From contig CDPCPM010000114.1 of NCBI GenBank assembly GCA_976551045.1, positions 12,028,001-12,092,000 on the forward strand: a DNA stretch of 64,000 nt, given 5' to 3'. The DNA comes from Glaucostegus cemiculus (lineage: Eukaryota). Each line of letters opens with the position of its first letter. The stretch's first letter is position 1. Under the pieces are notes generated by a model. The model searched no databases and was not told where the DNA came from. It worked only from the letters and a program-made list of their open reading frames with translations. Positions 27,376-40,999 of the stretch are shown in pieces. Made by a program: the position numbers and the translations under genes.

Positions 27376-27667
27376 AGGCATGGTAGCATAGTGGTTAGCA
27401 TAATGCTTTACAGCGCCAGCGACTTGGGTTCAAATCTGGCCACTGTCTGTAAGGAGTTTGTACGTTCTCCCCATGTCTGTGTGGGTTTCCTCTGGGTGCT
27501 CCGGTTTCCTCCCACATTCCAAAGACATACAGGTTAGGAAGTTGTGGGCATGCTATGTTGGTGCCAGATGTGTGGTGACACTTGTGGGCTGCCCCCCAAA
27601 AATCACTACGCAAAAGATGTATTTCACTACGTGTTTCGATGTACATGTAACTAATAAAGATCTTATA
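27376..27667 (+). mobile_element. Full-length tRNA-derived V-SINE with Rex1-like tail
   Basis: A-box tagcatagtggtta, B-box ggttcaaatc, V-domain gtgggtttcctctgggtgctccggtttcctcccacattccaaagac; partial head repeats upstream at 27350-27375. Confidence 0.85.
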
Positions 27668-27729
27668 TAGAGAATGATCGGAGGTCATTCTGAGAATGAT
27701 TAGCCAGTAGAAGAGTTCTCAGCAACAAT

Positions 27730-29170
27730 TTAGCTTGAATTTGTTTTGTACCTTTAATATAGTCAAAATGTTTTGAACACTTTACAGAAACTTTATCAAA
27801 CCCAATTTGGCATCAAAATGGAGATAGTAGAAATAAAAGCAGAATAATGTTGGAAATAACTGGGCTAAGGAAGATATGTGCTGAGAGGAACAGATTTAAG
27901 GTTTCGTGTTGATGACCCTTCTTTGCAGCTGGGAAAATGTGCAAAACAGACATGTTTAAACTTGCAAAGTTCAGCAGCCATTGCATTCTGTATTCTCACA
28001 GTACTTTTGTTCACCTCTTTGTCCCCCTACTTCTATTTGGCCAGACATTAAGAAGCCCTCAGAATCCTCTCCCAGTCCATACAAACCTATGTTAACTCCC
28101 TCCTCTTGATCTACATCCAATCACAAACATTTACTTTATTTTCTCCATCCCTCTCCCTTCCTGCAAGTTTAAACATGTCTGTTTTCTACATTTTTCTATT
28201 CTGAAGAAGGGTCATCAACCTGAAGTGTTAACTCCTTTTTCTTCTTCCAAAGATGTTGCCTGAACTAAGTATTTCCAGCATTCTCTGGTTTTATTTCAGA
28301 TTTCCATATTTGTAGATTTTTTGCTTTTCAATTATTTTGGAGATATAAGGGCAGATAACAAAATGCTTGGTTATAGGTTTCGTGGAGTCTCTTAATCGAG
28401 GAAATTGAGATACAGAGATGAAGGTTTTTATGGAGCATATTTCAGAACTTGGAGCCCAGGCAGCTGCAACACAAGTGTAATTCGTACTGCAGTTACACTT
28501 TGGGATGCTCCAGAGATCAAAGATAGAGCAATATTCCAGTGGGATGCAGCAGTGGAGGCAGTTGCTAGGATATGGAGTGTTACTTTCTTAACAGCTCGGT
28601 AATGTTGTTGGCAAATATAGGGTTGAGGCGTGAACAGAAATTGATGCAAATTAATACATGAACAGCAGAGTTTAGAATTACCTCGAATTTACAGCAGGTA
28701 TTACAAGGGATGCCAGCTTGGTGTGCATGGGAGTAATGAATTCAAGAAAATAAGGATATAAATGATATTTTTCTTCAGACGAGGCAAGCACAGGCAGAGT
28801 TGAGAGATGTTGTGGAGGTAGAAATAGGCACTCTTAGTATTAGCATGGTATATTTTTCAAAGCTCATCTGGAGGTCAGGTAAGACAGGAAGGATGCACTG
28901 GTTTTGAACAAGTGCCAAGAGATGACACAGTGCAGCAATGCAAGGAAAATAATGCTGTCACAACAAGAGTGAGTAGCTCGTGAATGTATAGGTCACAAAG
29001 AATGAGACCATTTGATTCGATAGAAGCAGCAGAGAAATTTGACCAAATGTTCTCTACCTTTGTGACCAACAAATCTATAAGGTAGTTGTTCTTGTTGGAG
29101 GTGAGCATAGAGATGTCGTCAGATAGCTGGTGGCCACATCTGCCTGTCGTATTCAAGGGTCATTTCTTCT
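27730..29170 (-). mobile_element. Degraded L2-type LINE 3' region, interrupted by a fold-back element
   Basis: L2-like 3' end (tacctttaatatagtcaaaatg...cactttacag) continuing after 28345; ends near gtcgtcagata. Confidence 0.45.
27827..28337. mobile_element. Long fold-back Penelope-like element, possible 8-bp TSD
   Basis: aaacagacatgtttaaacttgca / tgcaagtttaaacatgtctgttt and ttgatgacccttct / agaagggtcatcaa inverted; tggagata at 27819-27826 and 28338-28345. Confidence 0.65.
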
Positions 29171-30083
29171 CCCTGAATCTGTAAATATTTCTAACTAATT
29201 TGTTGCTTGCTACAGCCATAATTCCAAGCAAAGAGCAGAGCAAGGAATGTATTCTCAGTGGTTCCCAGGTTACTCATGGCCTTGAATGTATGAACATTGA
29301 GCCCCTTCCATGCTAGAGCTATTAATGCTCTTTTGTGGATTGCTGCCTTCTCTTGCATAAGGTTCACTGACATTCTCTGTTATAGTGCCAGCTGTATTTC
29401 AGGCCACGGGGTTGCAAGCCACTGATTGCATGCATGTCACTTTGTAGTTGGCTCAATAGTAATGTACAGGATAATTAATTAATATGAGATTAAAATGAAA
29501 TCCTCCTCTTTATTAAAGGAAAACCCAACCTTCTACATAAATCAGGCTTTTTTGGGGGGTTTTCTTAAAAAACAGAACAGCAACTTCTGACAAGAATACT
29601 TAAGGACTTAGATAACATGTTTTATTTAAAGTAAGTATTCAAAAATATACTTTTGAAACCAATATGTTTATTTCTTTGACCAGTGAATCTTTATTTTGTT
29701 TTTGATAATATTGTTTGAAGGATAGGATTGGGACTGGACACATGGAGAACTTCCTTTTCTCAGTGGTATCTTCAATGTTCACCTGAACCAATAGAATAGA
29801 AAAACAGGATTTGAGTGCCAAATCTGAAGATTGGATAGGAATTAGGAATATAAACTGGATTAGGAATATAAAACATAAAGTGAGACTATACTGCAGATGT
29901 CTCACTCAGATTTGAGTGTTTTGCAAATTGTGTCAATCGTACACTTACTGCTTCTTCTTAATCAACTCTTCCAACTGGACATGGGCTTGGAGTTCCACAA
30001 AGTATTGGATAGAGAGACGTGCACAAGATACTTCAACACATGCTGAGCCAAAGTCATGCCATTTACTCCTGAGAGAGGAATAT

Positions 30084-30447
30084 CAGAATCAGAATCAGTT
30101 TTATTGTCACAACCATATACATACATAGTATGCATAGGAGCGAGATACCGTCCTCCTCAGGTGCTCGCCCCATTAAATAACAACCAGCAGAGACACACAA
30201 GACACACTTAACAGAATAAACATTAAAAAACATTAAACATTAAAAACTACGGAAGTTAAAATTAAATTAATAAGCAGATTAAATTAAAAATGGCCGGTAA
30301 ATAAATAAATAGTTATTAAAGTGAACGGGCTGGTGGCGGGCATTTAAAGTGCTGGTGCATTTCTGTGCACCTAGCATCTCTTAGTGTTAACAAGGAAGAT
30401 GGAGGGATGAGAGAATTTGCAGTTCTGATGGCTTGCGGAAAGAAGCT
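30084..30447 (-). mobile_element. Young Rex1/Babar 3' fragment, same subfamily as 44840-46312
   Basis: Near-identical reverse complement of 45935-46305; (gaatca) tail; possible aatat TSD. Confidence 0.9.
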
Positions 30448-31859
30448 AATATTCCCCTATTTGTACTTGCGTCCTTTCTGTAAGACACTGATTGCCTGCA
30501 ACCTTTAATGTATTACTTTGCCGTTAAATAACCACAGAAAAACTTTTATGACCTCCAACTTTATTTCTTTATCTGGCAGTTTAATGGGGTATACTTTCAG
30601 CTTCTCCATAAAACATCAAATGCAGCTTGTGCATTGCAGACCCAGTTTACCTCTGGCTAATTACTAACATTTGGAAGTGCAACTAATGCAGTTCTATGTG
30701 TGCAAATTTCATGCATTTGTATTTGTCACATTCCCATATAGAAAAGCAAGATTTGGTAGCTTGAGAACAGTTTTGGAATACTTATGGAAAATCAATATCA
30801 GTTCTGAAAACTGCACAAAAAGTCGCGAGTTAGTAAATTTTATTTTGAGAGCTGCTGTAACTGTGGCAAGATATGTTGAATTTATGATGTTTTTATTTGA
30901 CTTGTTTACATACTTTTCTTTTAAGAAGGTAATTTGAATTGTTCAGATATCTCCAATTGTACTAGAATAAAATAACACAACATACACAGCAGTAGTTTTA
31001 TGTGCATGTTTTCCTTGTTTTTGGTGGCACTGTCACTTGTTCTGAAAATCAAATAACTGACATGGTTCTGCTGCCTATTTAACAAAGGAAGATATGTTGG
31101 GGAAGTGTTGGGCAAGTATAAGGATGGGCATTGTGCTCGTCTATGCTGTAATGTCTTGCGTGAGATTGTAGAGAGTGGATATTAAACAAAAGGTTCCATT
31201 CTCCAACTATGCATACTGCAATATTTCAGTATGATTCGATTTACTTCTACTTTGCTTTGCTAAGAATGCAGACTGTGGCTGGTCCAATCACACTGCTCAA
31301 ATGGATTTGAAATATGAACCCAATATAAAGCCTAAGAACTGAGCCAAACTGATTATTATCTTTAATCTGATTAACTGCTATTCAAATTGCAGAGAGTAAA
31401 TGTGAATTTTAGAGAATTAAAATACAAAAGTAATTTATTTAAAAATTACAGGGAAATTTGTATTTTTATTATTTAGTTTAGTTTGCATATTGGAGGGGTA
31501 ATTCCTTACATTTATTTTGAAAGATAATTTGAACTGATGGGCTTCTTAGCCGATTTATAGGTAGATGGGAGAAATTTATAGCAGTGCACAGGCATTAATA
31601 TGGGATGTGGCTCCTTGCTGAAACTATCCAGCAGGAAATGATTGAGTAGAGGGAAAGAAAGAAAAATCAGAGAATATAGGATTCATTCTGAGAGCAAGAT
31701 TTCTTGGTTAAGTTAAAAAATAGCCAGGGGGTAAAATACAAAAAGCATACACCTTGGTTATCAGTGAGATTGAAGCAAAAACATGATGGATTCTGACAGA
31801 ATCAGAACATTTACCCTTAACATCCTCACCCCTACCCTCACCCCCAGCTGCAACTACCC

Positions 31860-32142
31860 ATCTCACTTTTATTTTGTCTGCCTCTAGCATCCACCTACCT
31901 CTGTCACACAACTCCACACTTCCCCTCTCTTACCTGGTTCAATATGCTCATCATTCTTCACCCCTCCTCAGTCCATCCATTACCTCAGGCTCCTGTCTCA
32001 CCACTGCCCCTCTCCTCCTTTATACTGGTTATCTTCTTCTCAGTCCTGATGCAGGTTTTTGACCTGATATGTAAACAATTCCTTTCACCCCACAGATGGT
32101 GCTTGACCCACTGAGTGTCTCCAACAGATTGGTTGTTGCTTC
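31860..32142 (+). repeat. Penelope-like repeat, single arm with pyrimidine-rich leader
   Basis: cagtcctgatgcaggtttttgacctga...cacagatggtgcttgacccactgagt. Confidence 0.5.
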
Positions 32143-33299
32143 AGAAGGTTTAATGCTTGCTCAGCACAGAATGGAAGAAGTCAAACTGATTCTCATTGAA
32201 GATGGACATCAGATAGTTTTGTAGCAGATAGATGGAGTTTACTTTGCTCTTTATATCGTTATAATCTGCTAGAGAATTATTTGATGTCTACCTTCAATGA
32301 AAATTTTGGCTACAGGATTTTTGTCCCCACTGGATATCAAATTGGTTGCAAGTTGGGGTCAGCTGTGTGCTTGCATATTTGTGGCAAGATCAAGTTGGTT
32401 GCTCTATTTGTGTGAAGTTGAGCATGTATGTAGCCAACGCCCAGAGAAAGTATTCTGAGAAGGAAGATCATAACATTAATTAACTTGCATCATCAGTTTG
32501 ATGCCAATGCCATTGTTTGGAGCTGAATCCTCCAGCAAGTGCTCCCTCTCAACCTTGCAAAAACAAGTTCAATAGCCCAAAGGATGTACCACATAATATT
32601 AATTAAAGGGATCATTAATTACTTACTCCAATCAGTTGGTGTTGAATTTTACTGGCAGTTGCTGCAATTCTACAAACTTTTTGTGTTTTCTGGTATTATT
32701 TGTAGTTACTGAGGTGTGGATGGAGTGTTGTGGCAGGCACTTAAGTATTTTATTATGATTTTAAAGATTTTGCATAAACAGTTGCTCCTATGACATGGAT
32801 TTTGTAATATTGGGTGTGTACCCCTCTGAAGGTTTTCATCATGTGACCACCTGTTCTTTGATACCAGTGATTCAGAGTTGAACTGGGGAGAACCAGTTTC
32901 TCTGACTGGAAATAAGCCACAGCAAGGTTGCTGTCCCTTGTTGTAAGTTTTATTTTCATTTACTAAAATACTCTTGCTGTTAGCTTGGATCACTAATTAT
33001 TTTCCAGTAGCTTAAAGAAAGAAAAAGCCACTGAGCCAGCTCCCAGTCTTGGATGCAATAAAAGAATTCTCTAGTATGCAGCATGACTGGGACAATAAGC
33101 TGAAGGTGCGCAAAAGATGACAAACTCTTATAAAACGGGTGGGCAAAAAAGGGCTTCTTGCAGGATGGGGCCATATCCATCAGGGTTCATGGAGAGCTTT
33201 GCTTCTATCTGAATCTTAGTGATGTGCAGTATGTGATACATATGATTCATTAAAGATGTCCTCATTGAATTACATCATCTATTGCAGTCACAACTGCAG

Positions 33300-33572
33300 C
33301 CTTAAAACAGAATAGGGCTCCATTGCCAGTGAACGTTGGCCGTGAACTTTTATGCATTGGACTACTCCTCCTAGCTGGAGTATACTTACAGTTGGCCATT
33401 TCCTGTTTTGCAAGAGACACCATTTGGGTCATCTTTTTTTCCAAAAGAGCTAAGCACATTTCATTTCTTCTCTCCAAAGAACAGTGGGCAGAGCAAGCTC
33501 ATGTTTTTGTGGAGATTGCAGGTTTCCCTGTTGTGCAGCATGCCACTGACAACACACAAGTCACTTTGACTC
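33300..33572 (+). pseudogene. Degraded PIF/Harbinger (HARBI1-like) transposase N-terminal/catalytic fragment
   Basis: LPVNV / AVNFYA and ISFLLSKEQWAEQAHVFVEIAGFPVVQHATDNTQV match the LPV...ALNFYASG...ISFP...F..IAGFP.VQGAIDCTHV pattern. Confidence 0.7.
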
Positions 33573-33651
33573 TGCACTCTGAAATATACTGCAGCTGAAA
33601 GTAATTACAGTTCTTTATTGACTAGCAGTCAACATGCAGAGGCAGTGAATG

Positions 33652-34075
33652 GGATTGGAATTGGTTTATTATTGTCACTTGTACCAAGGCACAGTGAAAA
33701 ACATGTCTTACATACCATTCATACAGACAATTCATTACACAGTGCATTGAGGTAGCACAAGGTAAAACAATAGAGAATGAAGAGTAATGTGTCATAGCTA
33801 CATAGAAAGTGCAGTGCAGGTAAACAATAAGGTGAAAAGTCATAAGATAGATCGTGAGGTTCAGAGTCCATCTTGTCATATTAGGGAACTGTTCAATAGT
33901 CTTATAACAGTGGGATAGAAGCTGTCCTTGAGCCTGGTGGTATGTGCTTTCAGGCTTTTTGTACCTTCTGCTTGATGGTAGAGATGAGAAAAAGGAGTGT
34001 CCTGGGTGGGTGGGGTCTTTGATTATGCTGGCTGCTTTACCGAGGCAATGAGAAGTATGGATAAAGTCCATGGTT
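33652..34075 (-). mobile_element. Rex1/Babar 3' fragment
   Basis: TSHCLGKAASIIKDPTHPGHSFFSSLPSSRRY; same 3' UTR as 40330-40560 and 63240-63490. Confidence 0.85.
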
Positions 34076-35999
34076 GCACGTAGCAATGGTATCTCATGCA
34101 GATGAGTGCATAATTAGCATATACTGATTTGGAAGTAATGGTGACAGGATAGTTGCATGTCATAATCTGTGTGCCCATTTTCAGCGGCTGTTGAATTTAG
34201 CCTTTTTAAAATTTAAATCTATAGTTAAAAAAATCCTTATCATGAACATTTTCTTGTATTTCATTTTTATGTCATTGCAATTGACTAGATTTTGCATTAA
34301 ACAAGACACCTAAAGTGATTTAGATATGACACAGTATATGTCAGAAGAAGAATATTGAATCTTAAAGTTATAAGCATCAGTCTTTTATGTTTACATTAAT
34401 AGCATTGATACTTTTTGACTAATTTACAATTGTGGTGAAAATTTTAACTTGGCATTTCAGTTAAGAAGCTGAAAATTAAGTTAGTAATTTGGTTAAGAAT
34501 TATTAAATTGGTATTTTGAACATTAAAATATTTGTGCATTGATGCTTAATGTTGTGTTTGCAAAATAAATGGCTTACTTGCCCATGGGGAGGCAGAGAGA
34601 AGTACCTGTGACAGACCACATGATTTCATTTTTATTTGTCTGTCTGTTGTGATTTAGCTAATTACATCTTGGGTGGCAATGGGAAGTGATAGAGTGCTGT
34701 AGGTTTGGGAGTGGGACAAGAACCCATATTTCCTGCTTAAGAACTTATCTTGAGATATCTGCTGGGAATTTGCAAGAGAGAACATGTTGGGATTCAACAG
34801 TGATTCTGCATCCCTTCCGTCATTTAACTGTTGACTGTGTTTAGGCTTACCTACAAGCTACAAACACTTGGAGGTACCGAAACAGGTCTAGCATTTCTCG
34901 CATCATACATTAGCAGAGAGTATCTCTCAGAATGGGAGGAGAAGAAAACTGGTAGTAAAAACTTTAAAAAAACTACTTTAAAGTGAAGTATATTACTTTT
35001 TTATACAATGATTTTGTTTCTGTCAGATTGTGAAGTTATAAACAAGCTACAGAGTACAGTTGATGCAAATTTTGTTTTGAATATTTTGCATCCTTTGATT
35101 CCTAGCAAATAATGTACTTCAGTAGAAATTCTAACCCTACAATTGCATCAGAATATCAGCAAACAATTTTCTTTAAAGATTTGAAAACCCATCAGTAAAC
35201 ATTGAGTGGACAAAATAGAAAGAAAATTAGTAAGTATGAAAGAAAACAGACCTTTATTTTAATAAAGACTGTATTTGATTGTATTTTATTTGTAAATCTA
35301 CATAAACTGATGTGTTAGGTACTAATTTCAAATCATCATTGATCCTTGGTGTTGCTGAATGTTAATCATGCTGAACACAGTGATTTAGGAGCTCATTTTC
35401 TGGAAGTGATAATTCAAAAGTTTGTGTAGTTTAAGCCATTTCCTCTCCAGAGACGAATATGCTGGTTGACATTTGCAAATTACTGCAATGAATAAACACT
35501 TTTTTCTGCAGTTTTGTTTGTCTTGGATGTAATTTGGTCGGTCTCCATTTTCAAGTTCATCCTGCAATTCAGATAGGACCTTATCAATGAAGGATTTAAA
35601 ATTACCTTTTCCTCCAGTGTCAAGTGCCATTTGTGGAAGAGTTCCTTATTATGACCACTCTCATACAGAAGTGCTTGTGAACTTTCCTCCTGAAAAACTC
35701 AGCTCTTTAGTTAAACTATGCACCCCAGTTTAACTCCATGATGCCTCAAAGGACAGAATTATTTTTTCTCAATCGACCCTGTCATTTACCCCAAAAGTTT
35801 AAAAATTCAATCAAACCATCCCTGGCCTTTTAACTTTCAGAGAATGCAATTTTAGTTTTTGTAATTGATTGTGGAAATTTAATCCTTGGAGTCAAGGTAA
35901 CATTCTGGTAAAGTTATTTGATTGTCATGATACCCCACCAGCTCACTGGTAACTTCCGGGGAGGAAATCTACCATAATTTCTCATTTTGGCTTGCATGC

Positions 36000-36497
36000 G
36001 ACTCCAGACCAACCTCACATGGTTGACACTTAAATGCCCTTCGAAATTATCCAGCAGACAGCTTGGTTGTATCAGTTCTGCTATGCTTTTGAACATGAAA
36101 GGGGGAAAAAAATGGGTAGACTACCCACATCAACACTCACTCAATTCAGACAAGGCAAATTCTTTCCAGCCCAGTTGACCTTGCAGAATTTTTCTCATGA
36201 ACATCTGGGGCCTGAATGTCCATATTGGGAGAACTGTCCCACAGCTTAGTCAAGCAACAAAGATATAATCATATTCACAAAATTATACCTTACAAACGAC
36301 ATGCCAGATTCCTCCATACCAATCATTGGTATATCTTTCCCAGTTGCAGCAGAGACCCAACAGCAGTGGCAGCATTGTGGTTTGGAGTAGCCCTTCGAGT
36401 CTTCAGCATCAACTCCAGACTGTGTGAAATCTTGAGCATGGGTAAACTAGGGCAAGAAAATCTCATCCTAATTACCACCTACTGTCTCCCCTCAGCT
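36000..36497 (+). mobile_element. Degraded LINE 5' region / APE endonuclease fragment
   Basis: LGELSHSLVKQQ...KLGQENLILITTYCLPS; cut by the Rex1 tail. Confidence 0.45.
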
Positions 36498-37700
36498 GAA
36501 TCAGAATCAGGTTTATAATCACTGTCCTATATGACATGAAATTTGTTGTTTTGTAGCAGCAATGCAGTGCAAAGTCACTAAAAAAAAGCTATACAAAATA
36601 AATAAATAGTGCAAAAAAAAAGGAACAATGGGGTAGTGTTCATGGGTTCATAGACCATTCAGAAATCTGATGATGGTGGGAAAGAAGCTGCTTCTGAATT
36701 GTTGAGTGTCTCTCTTCAGGCTCCTGTACCTCCTTCCTGATGGTAGTAATGAGAAGAGGGCATGTCCTGTGTGGTGAGGGTCGTAGTGATGGATGTTGCC
36801 TTCTTGAGGCACCGCCTCTTGAAAATGTCCTTGATGGTAGGGAGGGTTGTGTCCGTGATGGAGCTGGCTGAGTCTACAGCCCTCTGAAGCTTCTTGCCAT
36901 CCTGTACATTGGAGCCATCATACTAGACTGTGATGCAATCAGTCAGAATGCTCTCCACCATGTGTTGGACCCAGGATAGATCCTTGGAGATGTTGACACC
37001 CAGGAACTTAAAGCTACTCACCCTTTCCACTGCTAACCCCTCAACGAGGACTGGTGCGTGTTCTCCTGACTTCCCCTTCCTGAAGTCCACAATCAATTCC
37101 TTGTTCTTGCTGACATTGAGTGTGAGGTTGTTGTTGCAATACAACTCAATCAGCTGATCTAGCTCACTCCTGTACACTTTGCCATCTGAGATTTTACCAA
37201 CAACAGCGGTGTCATCTGCAAACTTATAAATGGCGTTTGAACTGTGCTCATCCTCACAGTCATGAGTGTAGAGAGAGTAGAGCAGGGGGCTAAGTATGCA
37301 TCCTTGAGGTGCGCCTGTTTTGATTGTCAGCGAGAAGGAAATGTTATCACCAATCCATACTGACTGTGGTCTCCCGATGAAGAAGTCAGTGATCCACTTG
37401 CAGAGGGAGGTACAGATGCCCAGATTTAGAAGCATGGTGATTAATATTGAAGGGATGATGGTATTGAACACCTGAGCTGTAATAGATAAACAGCAGCCTG
37501 ATGTATTGTCGTTATCTAGGTGTTCCAAGGCAGAGTGGAGAGCCAGTGAGATTGTGCCCGTTGTAGACTTATTATGGTGGTAGGCGAATTGCAGCAGGTC
37601 CAGGTCTTTGCTCAGGCAGGAGTTAATCCTAGCCATCACCAACCTCTCGAAGCACTTCTTTATGGTAGATGTGAGTGCTACTAGCCGATAGTCATTGGAG
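36498..37700 (-). mobile_element. Rex1/Babar LINE RT region to 3' end, small internal deletion
   Basis: NDYRLVALTSTIKKCFERLV, TGAPQGCILSPLLYSLYTHDC, KFADDT, FKFLGVNI; (gaatca) tail. Confidence 0.92.
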
Positions 37701-38096
37701 TCTCCAGCACACTTGTCTTTAAAGTGCCAATCAGTCAAACATATTTTCTTGAATGCAACAATTTTACAGTTGTATTCCCTGCTCAGAAACATTTTAAACT
37801 TCAGTGAAGAAACACCAAATTATGTTGTCATAGACTTTGTTACCTTCTTAGATCTGAGCTTTCAAACCTCAAAAGCCAACATTTAACATGACTCTTACCT
37901 TCCTTTGCAACATTGTCTGTTTTCTTTCCCTTTTGATGAAACCCTGCTCACTGGGTATTACCATTTCTCTGAGCTGTACAAAGCCTATGTTGTCCAAAAT
38001 TCTTCCACCCATTCCGTCCTACAAAGGTCCTGTTTACAAATCACACTATTCTTTATCGATTGATCATCTTTGGCTTCATGTTATAACAGGCAATTC

Positions 38097-38357
38097 AAAT
38101 TTAATTTAATTTTAATTTTATTTATAGCGTGGTAACAGGTCCTTTCGGCCCTCCGAGTCCACGCCGCCCATTTTAAACCCCCCAAATTAACCTACCCGTA
38201 CGTCTTTCAGAATGTGGGAGGAAACTGGAGCACCCGAAGGAAACCCACGCAGAGATGGGACAACGTACAAACTCCTTACAGACAGCGACGGGAATTGAAC
38301 CCCGATTGCTGGCGCTGTAACAGCGTCGCGCTAACCGCTACGCTATCGTGCCGCCCT
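38097..38357 (-). mobile_element. Young CpG-rich V-SINE with CR1-type tail
   Basis: Reverse strand: gggcggcacgatagcgtagcggttagc...ggttcaattcc...V-domain...gggccgaaaggacctgtt...(aaatt)n. Confidence 0.85.
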
Positions 38358-39129
38358 TTCCTTTCCTAGTTATGAATTTCTAAGGGAACTTGATCTCCCT
38401 GCCTCCATCACTTCCAGATTTATGCCCAAGTGTGCATGTGCCTGTTCATAAAATCTGAATTCCTAATAATACCATTTTCCCTTCACTATTGATTTGAAAA
38501 GTTATGATAGGATGACACACCACTCAGTTCCCTTACCTTTGAAATACATACCAATTTTTCTTAGATTTAATATCAAATCTGTTTCGAGCATCCTTTATGG
38601 CAGTGTGGTTCAGATCATTATAATTCACCTGAGTAAAGAAAGAAAGTTTCTGCATATCATTGAAGCCATTGAAAATGTAGGTTTGACAGAGCATAGAACG
38701 GATTATTGTTGCTACTTTCAGTTTTCTCTACAACTCAAGGGAAATTGTATTCTGATTTGGAGATGTTTAGATTTAGATCCCCATCTAAATAGGCAGGCTG
38801 AGTGGTTGCTTAATATTTCATCTAAAAGATGGAACTCTTGACACTGCACCATATTGTGTGTTGTAATGAATGTCATCTTCATACATATGTTTAAGTCATT
38901 TAGTGAAGCTTCAAGCCCCAACTTGAACTATTCCTAAGGCTGATTTCTTTAGATCTCTGACAATTTTTTTAGATTTTGCTCAGGAAAACTCTTGTCCTAA
39001 ATGATAACATTTGGAATTGTTAAAGGACACCAGCTACTAAATTGCGCTAACAGTTGAAAGAAGAACCGAATTTAACAATTCCATGCAGTGAGCTGGAGTT
39101 ACTGCCCCATTAATTCTGGAACAGACACC

Positions 39130-40563
39130 TTATTTGCAGACATTTTTAACGTCTCCCTACTTAAATCTGAGGTTCCCACCTGCTTTAAAAAGACCACTAT
39201 CATCCTGTACCTAAGAAAAAACGGAATAACATGCATTAATGATTACCACCTGGTGGCTCTGACATCCACCATCATGAAGTGCTTCGAGAAGCTGGTCATG
39301 GTTAACATTAACTCCCGCCTCCAAGAGAACCTCGACCCACTGCAATTCACCTACGGCCGAAACAGGTCCACACCAGAGGTCATCACCTTGGCCTTGCACT
39401 CCATCTCTGGAGCATCTGGACATTAAATACACCTATGTTAGCCTATTGTTTATTGACTACAGCTCCAACTTCAGTATTATAATTCCGAGCAAACTCATCT
39501 CCAAACTCCTAGACCTGGGACTCAACACCTCCCTTTGCAATTAGATCCTTGACTTCCTGACCAACAGACCACAATCTGTAAGAATAGGCAGCAACACCTC
39601 TGCCATGATTAACTTTAATACTGGTGCCCCACAAGGCTGCGTCTTCTGCCCCCTACTCTACTCCCTACACACTCACAACTGTGTGGTCAGATCCTGCTCT
39701 TACTCCATCTACAAGTTTGCAGATGACACCTCCTTAGGGGGCTGAATCTCAAATAACGACGAGTCGGAGTACAGGAAGGAGATGGGGCCTACAGGCATGG
39801 TGTCAAGACAACAACCTTTGCACATGCTCCTGTTTACATCAGTGGTGCTAAGGTAGAAAGGGTTGAGAGCTTCCAAGTTCTTAGGAATGAACGTCACCAA
39901 TAGATCACCTGATTCAACCACATAGATGCCATGGCCAAGAAAGCACACCAGTGTTTCTTGTTCTTCAAGAGGCTAAAGAAATTTGGCATGTCCCCTTTGA
40001 TCCTCACCAATTTTTATCAATGCACCATAGAAAGCATCTTATCCAGATGCATCACAGCTTGGTACGGCAACTACTCTGCCCGAGACCACAAGAAACTACA
40101 GAGAGTTGTGGACCTGGCTCAGCACATCATAGAAACCAGCCTCTCCTCCATACTTTGTGTATACTTCTCGCTGCCTCATTAAAGCAGCCAACATAATTAA
40201 AGACCCCACCCACCATGAACATTCTCTCTCCCTCCCACCATGCAGAAGATACAAAGGCCTGAAAGCACATACCACTAGGTTCAAGAAAAGCTTGTATCCC
40301 GCTGTTATAAGACTAGGGAATGGTTCCCTAGTACGATAAGATGGACTCTTGACCTCGCAGTCTACCTTGTTATGGCCTTGCACCTTATAGTCTTCCTGCA
40401 CTGCACTTTCTCTGTAACTGTGACAATTTATTCTGCATTGTTGTTTTCCTTTGTTCTTCCTGAATGCACTATTGTAATGAAATAATCTTTATGGATAGCA
40501 TACAAAACAAAGTTTTTCACTGTACCTCATTACATGTAACAATAATAAACCAATTTACCAATT
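39130..40563 (+). mobile_element. Rex1/Babar LINE RT region to 3' end
   Basis: [44 protein letters not shown]; (accaattt) tail. Confidence 0.92.
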
Positions 40564-40567
40564 TATT

Positions 40568-40840
40568 CCACACTCTGTTATGGGAAGAGACTCCAAGTGA
40601 GACAGAGGAAAGGACTCAAGGATCTGCTTGAAGCCAATTTGAAAAAAATGTAACAACCTCACTGATAGTTCAGAATCTCTGACCCCCGACTACTTAAAGT
40701 GGAGAAGCAGCATTTGGGATGGCATTGAGAAACTCGAGTCCATGTATTGCATATACAGCAGGAGAAATGCATCACCTCACAAATCCGCAGTCTTCCTTCA
40801 CCATCTGCATATGAGTGCAGTTCCAAAGTTGGTCTCATCA
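40568..40840 (+). mobile_element. Degraded RTE-clade LINE 3' coding fragment
   Basis: RKGLKDLLEANLKK / SSESLTPDYLKWRSSIWDG resembles the RTE C-terminus. Confidence 0.5.
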
Positions 40841-40999
40841 AGTCCAAATTTTGCATCCTTACTGCTGAGATTAACAAATGGAATACAGACACCTTCTGAG
40901 TATTGACAATGTATGTATTTTAAACATATGATTTAAGTTCTCCAAGAACTGATGCAAACTCACCTGGTGGTCGTCCTTCCTGATTTAAAGTCGGCATAT

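Noticed and set aside
27376-27450. tRNA-like A and B boxes
   Set aside because: SINE head, not a tRNA gene; the same applies at 38290-38357 and 58860-58928
34660-34930. Possible LF-SINE-like ancient repeat (also near 56940-57060)
   Set aside because: Similarity from memory is too weak to support without alignment
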